Assembly: GCF_031769215.1 (NCBI RefSeq) | Contig: NW_026782889.1 | Location: 1 to 64,000 of the forward strand | Length of the DNA: 64,000 nucleotides | From: Ylistrum balloti | Taxonomy: Eukaryota | Reading direction: 5' to 3' | Shown: piece after piece, positions 12,701-24,200 of the stretch | Position numbering within the stretch: position 1 is the first letter of the stretch | How the letters are laid out: every line of letters starts with the position of its first letter | Position numbers and translations under genes: made by a program | Notes under the pieces: generated by a model | The model's database searches: none | Told to the model about the DNA's origin: nothing | What the model saw: only the letters and a program-made list of their open reading frames with translations

Positions 12701-15589
12701 GAAGAAGAATCTTGACATCAACAGCTGTAGATTGTGGCCATATTTAATATTTGATATGAATAAGTAACATTTTTAATGTGAACATAAAAATGAATTTAAA
12801 TTATAATTGTTTTATGTTTGCACGATGTCTGCATGATGTGCGATGTTTGCAAGATGTCTGCTAAGATCTGCGATAGGAAAACTGGACGAAATAAGCCATC
12901 TCACATCTATTGCACAAATGTGGTTCGTTTACTGACAAACATTATATTACATTATGCATGTAAACATTACATGGACGTCTCTTTATGTCACAGTAATAAA
13001 TCATCTGAAATCTTTTACCGTCAGCAAGGAAACTTTATTTTCATTTCTTCTATATAACTCTCATTATTCAATCATATTGTAAACAAAAAATATCTGCTCA
13101 AGGAAATGTTAAGTGTTTTGTCTGTAAGCCAGGCGACCCAGTTTGTAAAGATCCAGACCTTTCACGTATGTACCCGTATACAGGTAAACGTTTGCTACCC
13201 GAGGCAACACTACTCACCACAGTCTGAGGTGTGAAACTATATACGATCAGACTAATAAATGCAGGTCAAGCGTTATTTAAAAAAAATGTCGAATTAAAAA
13301 ACCTGATTGATTGTATTGTGTGCGTGTGCGCGCATGATCTCCGGACTATGTGCGTAGGAAGTTTTGATACTATATGTATATTCATTTCTAAGTACATTTT
13401 AATTAAAAAAAAAACAAACAAAATGGCCACCATGAAGTCATATCCGTTTTTATCTAAATTGCTATAAACTTCATAACGACACGTCATGTTGAATTCAGCT
13501 GTAAAAATGTTTTGTAAAATAATAAAGAACAGAAAAACATATTTATTATTCAACTAGAACTTCCGATACATGGCATAGCCATTGTTGAAAATGCTAGATT
13601 GGATAATAATCTACAGAGTCTAGAGTCTTCATATTTGATATATAAGAAGATCAGTTATAGGCTATCAAGTTTATCAAAATAAATGTGATATTTGGTCAGA
13701 TGCATATTGAGACCAATGGTCATCGATAGTAATAAGGAAACGAATAGTACAATATCAACTTTGGTTAACATTCAGAAATGCAATTTTGAATAACAAAAAC
13801 TTCTCACGAACTACAGGATATGGTATTTGATAAGTAAAACGTCCATGTATTTGTGTATGAAACTTGATAACATGAATAATTTTCCTCCCCCCTGCCAAGT
13901 CACAAATCATGAAATGGATTCTTATCAATAACAAAGAGAAACAATGTGGCGTTATTTGTTCAGTTGCATACTGCGACCAATTGCTATCAACAATTGTACG
14001 AAAAACATTGTGCTTGGTCAACTTCAATTCTTCTATTTAGGTCAATATTCAAAAGTGTTTTTTATGTTATCAAATCTTGAAGAACTTCTCAAGATACTCA
14101 TTGTCTAAAATGTTAATATTTCACATGTTAGATGTCCAGGTCATTAGATATCAGGTTGACTAATATGAATGACTTTAATTTCAAGGTCACATGGATCAAG
14201 TTTGTAAAATCTCAATGGTTTATTTTCAATAACCAAAAGGTACAAGATGATGGTATTTGGTCAGTTGTATATTGCAATCAAATAATAATGATGGTTGTGA
14301 ACAAATAAAATGTCAAAGGTCAACTTCTGGTTTTCAGAAAGGGTCACATTAAGAATCGTTTAGCGCAAATCCATCATCTGAAATTGCACAGTCTAGAGTC
14401 TGGGTGTTATATAAATCACTTGAGTGGTTGGTCATCACGTTTGTGGAAATAATTCAACTTAGGGTAAGAGGTCGAATATAGGTGAAAACTGCGTCAAATT
14501 GTTGGCTCATCATTTCTAGTTGACTTTGAATTATGATGATGGCATGTTGGCATTTTCTTTTTATTTAGAATACATCAAGTGTTTATTCTCTGTTTTGTTT
14601 TTTAATCCGCTTTCTTACTTTTATAGGAAACTGTTGAATACTTGAATACATCATTCATTCATTTGATGTTCTAATTAATACCCCCAATTATTGTATCGTG
14701 CGTCACCGTGCCCTAATATACTGTTATTTATAAATACTTATTACAGCTTAACTCGGAATGATAATGCCATTGATAACTACCCTGATGACAATTGTTAAAA
14801 AAGGAAGTTTTGTAGAAAGTATTTAGCATAGAATGAGGGAATGATTCTTGCAGACATGTTGATCAAAGACACTCTAATTCAATGTTGATTTGTGTCACGG
14901 TTTTGTGTTTAGACTGTTGATCATTGAAACTAGTGGAATCGACATAAGGAAGAAATTCATCTTATGAATTGAAATAACATCTGTGTGTTGTCGAATATAT
15001 TATTACACAACAACACAGGAAGGATTTTAAACAGCGTGTTACGTTGTATTTTTGTAAGAATCAGTACAACATTTTTGGATGAAGGTTTGACTTGTTTTGC
15101 ATTTACGTCTAAACGATAGACAATCTTGACGTCATAAAAACGTGTGCATTAATGTTTAGCTTCTGGAACTACTCCCAAAAGTGATGAAAACATTTTTTTT
15201 CCAAATATTTTAAGAAAAACATGACAACAATTTGGTCCTTTAGATAGGTTTTAATGGTATAAAATTCTTGTCTAGGAAAGCGAATCATTATCTGGTTGAA
15301 ACAGATAAAAGCAAGTGTAAAAATCTTGTTTGGCAAACACAAATATCCTTTTGATCCCGTTATATCAATTTGAAAACTGACAGCTCAGGCGAGATACCCA
15401 ATAATTAACAAATTTGGAATAAACGATGACGAAAATTGATGATACTGATAATATCTAACATTATGAAATCATCAAATATTCTTTTTAATTAACATAGTTC
15501 GTTTATCAGTTGTCAAGACCTATCTTATTATCAATAATCTTTTGTACGGACAAAAGTCTTCACGGCTATCACACATGCACACGTGGTAA

Positions 15590-15732
15590 TCAACGTACTC
15601 TATGACGCTTCCTCCAAATTGCTGATGCCGTGTATAAGAAAGGGTTGATGGCGGCATTGACTGGCAGCACAAATACCATTACCCAGGCATAGGCATCATT
15701 CGGAATCTCGTATCCACTTTTTGACATCACAC
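15590..15732 (-). CDS. LGR type-C GPCR copy 1, exon 3 (end of TM6, TM7, short C-tail, stop)
   Basis: Acceptor ttttttcag at 15733-15735. The phase-1 join gives G-VMSKSGYEIPNDAYAWVMVFVLPVNAAINPFLYTASAIWRKRHRVR*, with the LPxNxxxNPxLYT TM7 motif of relaxin-receptor-type LGRs. TGA at 15592-15590. Confidence 0.9.
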
Positions 15733-16154
15733 CTGAAAAAATAGTATTGTTTGACACTTATCTTGAGTATTCATCCTACATTAGGACAACTGATGGTATA
15801 CATGGAATAGAAGTTTTATTATCAATTAATGATATTAATTATAGGTGGTAATTCCTTATCTAAGCATGAAATACTTTGTTTTCGTACTTGCGGAACCATC
15901 GTCTTCCACGACTTCCGCGAGTCACTCAAACACTTATATGACCATTTGTTTACGTGTGTTATTTCTGGTTACTTTATACAGATGCACTTTTGTCGGAATG
16001 TGTGTATATAACAATATATCTAAATTCTTTTAAAAGTGACCTGATGGTCGTCGTCAATGACGTTTGGTTTATTGCTGGAAAGAAACTCAATTGAGAACGT
16101 TATAATTCAAAGCTTTGTTCTACATTTCGTAATGCGATAAGATAAGTTATTTAC

Positions 16155-18011
16155 CCATGACTCCAATAGGAAACCAGCAGCAAAAGTCTGTCGCCACCAC
16201 CAAGAAGAGGGTTTTAGCTACCGTCAGGTCTCGTTGTCGAGTCTGTGATGAAGCTACCCGACCCCCACCACTTGTTACAAGGCTTTTAAACATGCAGAGT
16301 TGGCCTATGGCGATGATAACGAAAATGAAACTGTTCAGGCAAACAAACACTGCAAAAGAATAACCCGAACCAGGTTGTTCGTCACGTGTCAGTGGTAAGG
16401 CAAGACACACTCCTGACTGAGAATAATATTCTCCCTTGAAGTAGAATTGCATAGAAACAACAGGGATGACAGCGATTGTGATAGCAACCAACCACAGGAA
16501 AAATGAGATGATGCATGCTTGCTTCCCGGATATATTTCGCCGAGAAAGACGAGACATGGGAAATACTATGACAATTACTCTGTCTATTGTCACCATAAGA
16601 ATCAGAAACGTCGACATTTCACTAGATATATTCGACAGGATTCCAGCTATGGTACATACAATATTGTTTCTCCAATCCTGATCATTCCACGCATATACAT
16701 CTCGATAATGTATATCAAATGATCCTATAATCATGAGATAGATACTCATGAGAAAATCAGACATACTTAAATTCAATACAAAAATCGAATAACTTGTTGT
16801 AATATTATCTCTATCGATAAGAAGTCGGTAAAACATGACAGTAAAATTCCCAATTAAAGAGCAAAAGCCAATAATCCAGAGAAAAACTCTAAGTAAATCT
16901 GAACCTATCAAATTTTTACACGAGGATATCACATCTCCTTCTGATTTGCAGGCTGCTTCTTCAAACCAGCAATGCATTAATTTAGATGGATCCTTTAGAC
17001 ACTTATCGTCAGGAACCGACTTAGGTTTAACACAACACATAAAAGGAGTGTCTGTCAGCAAAACAGTCAGATTGTCTAAACCTTCAAACATGTGTTGCTT
17101 AACTTCCAGTTTGTTACCAATGATATTCAAAGTAGACAAATAACTAGAATTAGTGAATGTACCCGCAGGCAAAGTTGCAAAATTATTGTATGATATATCG
17201 AGCAATTCAATAGAAGCAGGTAGGATAGGTAGAACAGATAAGAAATTTCCGTTAATTGTGATTACTTTGATATTAAAAAAAACAGTGAACGAATAGTCAG
17301 AAAGGGACAGTATCCGATTGTTGTCGAGGAGCAGGTATATAAGGTATTGAAGCTCATTAAAAAGGTTATCAAGTAGAACTGATATCTGATTGTTCGATAA
17401 GTCCAAATACATAAGATCAGGGAGACCGCTAAACACAGAGTCTGGTAGAACTGATATCTGATTTCTAGATAAGTTCAAATACGCAAGATTAGTGAGACCG
17501 CTAAACACAGCGTCTGGTAGAACTGATATTTGATTGTTAGATAAGTCCAAATACCTAAGAAAAGGAAGACCGTAAAATGTATTTATCGATAACTGATTTA
17601 TCTTATTATTACATAACTCTAGATGTTCAATACCTGACATGTCGCTGAACATGCCTTCAGGAAGTAACATAATGCCGTTATTAGATAGATCTAATGACCT
17701 GAGGTTCTGTAAACCTTTGCTGAATGTTTTGTACACATTGTATTTATCTTTAATGACTAAATAACTGATCTTCGATAGTCCCAGAGATAGTAAATGATTC
17801 CACATGGTATTGGAAGGGAAGTGTATAGTCGCCAAGAAAGGGTCGCTTAAGTTGACTGTGAGACCAATACACATACAAATTGGTTGGCACGGATGGACAC
17901 ATGCAGACTCGTCATCGGAATCTGGACATTGGATTTTATTGTCACATACTTGTTGTAGAGGAATGGTGTGTCCGTTAGGGCAGTGATGTATTCCTGCACA
18001 ATTGAATAGTC
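16155..18011 (-). CDS. LGR type-C GPCR copy 1, exon 2 (most of LDLa, LRRNT, about 10 LRRs, hinge, TM1-TM6)
   Basis: ORF track 16147..17874 shows LxxLxLxxN repeats, hinge TDTPFMCC...SSCKNLI, TIDRVIVIVFP and TDFCCWFP. The frame extends upstream to acceptor tttcag (18014-18012) and adds GLFNCAGIHHCPNGHTIPLQQVCDNKIQCPDSDDESAC (LDLa). Donor G|gtaaat at 16155/16154. Confidence 0.93.
17375..17590 (-). repeat. 72-bp LRR-encoding tandem repeat inside copy 1 exon 2
   Basis: Three near-identical 24-codon units containing ...gtagaactgatat(c/t)tgatt...gataagt(c/t)caaatac... Confidence 0.85.
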
Positions 18012-19959
18012 CTGAAACAAGGACGATTTAATGTACTTGCATACAAAATCAATAATCGACGACGATACCGATGATCTGTTGGAAATATACAACAAAGTAT
18101 AAACCCTTTACACTACAGACATATACTTAATATCAAGAAAGTTTGATATTCAACCTAGTAAGCAGTACGTCTTCATTAGCAATAGTATGCGTCAATTACT
18201 GTATTTAGTGAGAAGGCAACTGATAATGTACACATGACGTCATGTTTGTCTATTTTTAGACGTCTGATTATTTTCATGTTAATGAAATTGAAAGAAATCG
18301 AAATATTTTAGAGTATGATTTATGTTTTCACAGTGAAATAATCATCTCTCACACCTACCACAGTTGTTGTTTTCTGTTTCCTGTTTCTGGCATCGAATGT
18401 CACATTTGTAGCTGACGTGCTGACAGAACGTATAAGGACACTTGACCTTCTCAGTAAAGCTATGTCCTTCTCTTCCTAATGTAAAGATGTGAAATGAAGT
18501 TATTGTACTCGATGATTTAACAGGAATAAAACTCTGATTTCACGTAAATTAATGTCGAATGAAAGAATTAAAACGAAGAATCATCAATCTAATAAGAATC
18601 GATAATCGATCAAAAATCTGCGATGATCGATGCCTTTCACAAATAGTACGTTTATATAGAGACATGTTTGTTTATAACTTCTGAGATATATTCCCACGCT
18701 CAGGATTCTTGGTGCGAGTAGCATTGAAACGCCGAATAAATATCGTGATTCATCTTCCTCTACTCGAAGTAAATTTTAGGACGTGTCTACTTGAGGTTTT
18801 GACATAATCTAAAATGTTGGCAACGTATAAGCACGATCATTTTGTGGACGGAGTGATATAGTTTTACTATCGCATTCAATTGATCAATCAAGCGTTTTAT
18901 TCCATATCGAATTATTAGGAAGTAAATATTGCTAATGTTTTTCTTCATATTCAATAATAACAATGTCGTTTTGTAATGTTCTTGTTTTAAAAGGAGAAAA
19001 CGAGTTTCTTTTTCTTTTTGATATACTTTTTTATTTTCATCTTTACAAACATTCGTGATACTAATTGAAAAAAAAATATATATATGAAAGCGTACAATTT
19101 TTTTAGAGTGAAGTCACTTATTGCTCTTATATAAACACAATTAAAGGACAAAGAACATGATTTCCCAACTAATATGACGTAATGATAGTTGTAAATCACG
19201 AGACTCCACCCCTCACTACACCTACGTGACTGACCAACGAGATACGCCAACCAATAACTGATTCTTCTTAATATGCATTTTGAGTGGACGATAACGAGGC
19301 TGATTGACTTGCTACCTTACTGGTGCTCTCCTGTCGATATTCGGCCACTATAATGCTAGTACATAAAGTCATGGATCTGAAAAAAAAAATCTTGTTCTAT
19401 TCAAATTTCTTCAAATATTCAATAGATTTTTCATTCATTACTAAATCATTAAGATTGATTTTTTGATATTTGTAAATAAAAATATTAAAAAGCTTAAGGA
19501 TAAAACTACAGGTGTAAAATAGCGGTTTACACAGACCATGTTAACGAAAGAATTTTTTTTAATCATCTTATCCCAGCAAACAATAATGCACAGAATAGTT
19601 TATAGTAAATGTTGTCAACAGTTCAGAGTGTATTGATCGGTTGGTGTATTTGACTTAGCAGATGTGCCGTAAATGCGGAACGTGCAGATAAAGAGTTTTC
19701 TACTGCAAAAAGTCAACACCAATGGTCATATATAATATTTACCGTATTATTATTATAAGAAAAGGAAAACTATTTTCAGTTCCCCCATTTCTGTGAATGT
19801 TTTAAAATTTCAGGTAACTAACATAGAATGTGAACAAATTACAAAGAGACTTATGAAAAAGTGAAAGGAGATTAAGACCAAGTGTTACGGAAGAGTAAAT
19901 GTCTTCTGCTTAATCGACGTCTTCCGTCATGTAAACCTATGTCAATCCAAGTAAGTAAT

Positions 19960-20345
19960 GTCACATTCTCAAATGATAGCGATTTATACAACCACGGAAC
20001 CAACAGGAAAAATTAAAAGCTCCACAACAACAAAAGAGATCGTAGTTTTTTCGATTGGGTCACAATGTGGATCATAAACCTTCTCCGTAGTTTTCATCAA
20101 TCTGCATCTTTTAAAAACCCTGTGTTACGAGATTGTCCGTCCGTTGAAGACGTCTTGATCAAAGCAAAAAGCAAAAACGTGATAATTGGATCATGCCTTT
20201 GAATATTGAATTAACTGTGACATGTAAATACCATGGGTTGGGGATGCAGGTACAGTGCTATCCAGAAATAGAAAGTTCACAATAGTGAAATTCAAATCAT
20301 TAAGCATACAGCTTGGTGAAGTCTTCAAATGTATGAACATATCAA
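19960..20345 (-). mobile_element. Penelope-like RT relic in LGR copy 1 intron 1
   Basis: Reads NDLNFTIVNFLFLDSTVPASPTHGIYMSQLIQYSKA*SNY..., resembling the DDFNFxIVNFPFLxSNIPxxPAYGVYISQLIRYxRAC motif recalled for molluscan PLE RTs. Contains stops and frameshifts. Confidence 0.55.
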
Positions 20346-22560
20346 AGATACATAAATACCTATCTCCACTTGAAAGATTCGTATTGACAACTTCTGTGGA
20401 AGCTATTGTCACATGCCAATGCCTCTCCACGATGTCCGTCGTTTTATCGATCTACTTTTGTAAACAACTACCTTTACCATTCAGAGAAAGACGTTAAGAA
20501 TTTCAGGTATTGCACGAATAATCAATATACTCTAATATTTAGACAGATTATCCATGCAGTGTAGCCTACATCCTGACCCGCATCTATTAAACACTAGAAT
20601 GGAAAGTAGGCGGAGCCTCTACGTCATCAATGGTTGAAGGGAGCGATTTGATTGACTAAACACGTGTGAGGGACCGTTTCGAACAGAAATACAAAGATAA
20701 TTAAAACAAGAATTCGCATGACATTGCATAATCAACAGCCCGGTGACAAAATCAGGGTATTAGCTATATTCACCCGATAACATTCTGTTAGAACAAAAAA
20801 GACGATAAGTTAATAAAAATGTCAACGCTCAACAATATTCATTATGACACTTTCCTGTGTATATGGAGTGTGTTTAATATGTCAATTTTGACAATACAGT
20901 TGACGTCATCAATCCATGAATAAAGTCAACATTTTTTCTGTTCCTTATGTTCTTGTCACGAGTATAATTTATTATGAAAAACACAAATTATAAAAAGTCA
21001 GGCGGCTCTCTTTTTTTTATCATTCCAAGTATCGAATCATATGTTGCCAAGCAGAGACAGTTGAAATCATGTCATGGTTTAGTTTTATACTGAAGCATCT
21101 TTCTCACCTTTTGAAAACAACCTTTTTGGTGACTATGCGGTTTTGAGATCCTAATATCAAAGTGAAAATCTGGGCAATTCTCTGTTATTCCAACATAATT
21201 TTATTTAAAAAAGGATTTGTTGTAAAAATTATAGGCACGGCAATTACGTAAATGTGATTTTATGCAGAAGCATTATTCGTTAAAGTATGTTTTCTTTTGA
21301 ACATATTCGGACACCTGTATCTAAAAACAATCAAAGCTTAAATAAATGAAAAAGTGGAATAGTTCTCCTCAATTTTAAAGTTACATTTTAAAACTTTTTT
21401 TTTTCAAAATGCTACCAAGAACAAAATGCGAAAATTTACTTAGAAGTTTCAACCCCCAGGGACCGTATTCTTGAAGGATTTGAAGAAATTTCAGTAAGAT
21501 ATTGCGTTATTTAATATTTCAAATTTATTCTTTTCTCCTTAAAGTGGTATTTATAGCAATTGAAAGAAAGTGTAGTTGAATCTAGATTTCACGCGTGAGC
21601 ATGAGAATATTTTCATCTATCCTGGCCCTAACTTTGATGTAATTTGAAATTTATGATACAATAGAATTTAATCCTTTCTCGTGTTGGCTAATTAAACCGT
21701 ACAAAATATATATTGTGTTTCTTCTTTTCCGCTGATCTCATCAACATCTGTATCCATTGTTCAACACTAAACAATCCAGCAAAATAACGAATAGAAAAAC
21801 ATATTATTTTTCATACATTTAAAGCAGGTATCAAATTAACGACATAAAAATGCATATACTACAATACTGTTCAATATGATTCTAGAATGTAATGCACGAG
21901 TATATATGTGTTAAAGTATCGTGAGCACGACTGCTAGATAAAATTGCACATTTTGTGCAGTTTAGTAAATATAGTTGACTAGTATAACGGAATAAACATT
22001 TAACGGAAGACATGTGTAGTTATAACAAAATAACGATCACACGAATATTACAACTAATTGGTTATAAACACAACACATAAGATTTACCTAGTATTTAGTA
22101 TATTATTTTGTTTACAATAATATAGAAGTAATGAAAATAAAATGACCTTTGTAGCGGTAAGAGATTCATTGCCGAGACAAAAGGAGATGTCCATTTAATG
22201 TTTACATATATCATGTATATATAATGAGTGTCCTTACACTAAAGCTGGTCCAGTTTTTCTGCATCGTGCGCAAATCGCACATCTTGTTACGTTGTGTGAT
22301 ACCACAACTGTATAAGTGCACTTTAGAAATAATACTTTTATAATACCAACATATAGAAATGTCACTTTACATTAGTCTGTGTGATAAGTGAACTGATTGG
22401 CTGAACCAGCAGTTCTAAAGCCATATATAGCTCATACAATTACCTGGTTCTTTGTAATACTAGTTTCACTTATAAATTGATGCCGTATATACTTAAATAG
22501 CCATGAGATAATTGTTCACCTTTCTTTAGGATACCATCGCTTAACCTTTGATAATATTAC

Positions 22561-22798
22561 CTTTTGTACATTCCTGTGCTGGCAGTGGCTCCGTCTGGTC
22601 TACAGAACGTTTTCTTCTGATGTTTTCGATGGCGTCAGCATGTGTCGAAAGTCTTTCATCAAACATTTTATTCTTTCCATGGCTGAGGTCCCGAACAAAA
22701 TTCTGCCTCTCGCCTAAGTGTTTCATTGAGTATGCGCCATGGTTTAATGCACAAATGATTGCAATAAAATATGGCACCAAAAGCTTGAAAACGTTCAT
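22561..22798 (-). CDS. LGR type-C GPCR copy 1, exon 1 (signal peptide, pro-region with RRKR, first LDLa Cys)
   Basis: MNVFKLLVPYFIAIICALNHGAYS is signal-peptide-like. Donor aaag|gtaata at 22561/22560 is phase 1 and matches the exon 2 acceptor. The join completes a six-Cys LDLa (ECTKGLFNC...). Total CDS is 238+1857+143=2238 nt. The splice join is inferred, with no transcript evidence. Confidence 0.8.
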
Positions 22799-23094
22799 AG
22801 TGAAGTACTCTTAATCATAAATGTAGCCTTGATGGAGTTAAATGAGTTAAAACAGTTTATGCTAAAACGCATGTAAACATGTAACAGACGAAGATATCAG
22901 CGTCCTGTATAGGGTACCATTGCAATGGTCACGTACTGTTAGCAACGTCCCGGGCGTTTGCTTTTAAACATATCAATGATTAATATCTAAGCATATTCGC
23001 CAGAAATGATGAATATTAATTTGGTTCATTTGACATATTAAAGCCATTAGCTTATTTTGATAAAAATATATAATCTGTCTACAAAGCAATTGGA

Positions 23095-23225
23095 TGGTTT
23101 GAAGCGCGCAGATTGTCCTATTGTTGGTGGAAACTGGAGTACCTGCGGAAGACCCACGTGGACGAGCAGGTCATCATATACAATTTTCACGTCCGCTCTG
23201 GGATAATCGAACATGTTAATAAGGA
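23095..23225 (-). mobile_element. Degenerate tRNA-derived SINE-like fragment (paralogue at 49965-50095)
   Basis: ggtggaaac(t/c)ggagtacctgcggaagacccac resembles a common invertebrate SINE core. The minus strand has a B-box-like GTTCGATT. Confidence 0.45.
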
Positions 23226-23953
23226 CACATATCAATAGGTAATCAAAGCTTATTTCATAAGGAATGTAAAAAGATTAGTTGAAAAAAAAAATAAATAAAG
23301 ATAATAATAATGATGTGCTGTTATTTACCTTAACAAGGTAACAAAGTACTTGATAAAAAAACGTCTATCAAGAATGATAAGTAAGAAAAGTGATAGGACA
23401 GATGAAAATTATAAAACCATACGTCAGTCATTACGTAAAAGGGTAAAACAGGCGTAAGTGCTCGTTTCATTACATTCCAGTTCAGTTGTTGTCGGGACTT
23501 ATGTTTCCAACATACACTTGTAATGACGATACTTGCACAATGCGTGCACAATAGAATAATTGGACGAAATTTGTTATAACATAGAGTACATGTTAGTCCG
23601 CACAGTGTGGCGACCTATCATACATCTTGTTGAAATAGATTAAGAAATGACCTGTGAACACTCGTGGTGTAGGGTTTATCTATTTTCGTGGTATATAAGA
23701 GTAAAACTATGTATATATTCCTAAGCCATATATCTATAGGTTAGACACATGTAGATCTATCACGTAAATACTAGTTATATACACTCGTATTTAAGAATAG
23801 TTTGTTTACACGTGACCAGTCTTAGTATACTGTCATGCATATCGTATAAGCATTATCAATGTTAGCACTACATGAACGTCTATTTTCGTTTCGGAAATTA
23901 ATAATCCAAAATCCCATATGTCAGATAGGAAATTTTTATTTTCATTACTCTCA

Positions 23954-24200
23954 TTTTTATATACCCGTCGAAAGACGGACGTATTATGGTATGGCGCTGT
24001 CCGTCCGTCCGTCTGGCGTCTGTCGTAAACTTTTATTTGTCCGGAGATCTCCTCCTCAATTTTTCAGCCGATCTTTATGAAACTTGGTAGGCTTAATCAC
24101 CATATGAAGTTGTGTTTTCCTGACCGGGGTGATTTGAACAAGAGTTATGGTCCTTTGTTTATTTCCTTATAGAAATCTTGTCCGGAGAAGATCTCCTCTG
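23954..24200 (+). mobile_element. Helentron-associated non-autonomous element (HINE/DINE-1/pearl-like), partial
   Basis: Starts in a T-run (tttttatatacccgtc), with hairpin CCGTC-GAAA-GACGG, a (GTCC)n microsatellite and then the core tcagccgatctttatgaaacttggtagg. Confidence 0.65.

Larger units (their letters stand above)
3700..24200. repeat. Tandem segmental duplication, unit 1 (about 20.5 kb)
   Basis: Collinear with 24210-51010 throughout: block A, 32-mer seed, 20-bp array, 8.4-11.9 kb region, LGR gene, SINE, Helentron-type element. Boundaries are approximate. Confidence 0.9.

Noticed and set aside
13231-14027. ORFs identical in both units (13231/40549 and 13755/41073)
   Set aside because: The identity reflects the near-identical tract, not selection. 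The peptides have no recognisable domain.
13540-14400. Degenerate Helentron-like core repeats (caaggtca motifs)
   Set aside because: The period and ends could not be defined by eye.
16157-17143. Plus-strand ORFs overlapping LGR exon 2 (also 43480-44619)
   Set aside because: They are antisense shadows of a long coding frame, with no independent features.
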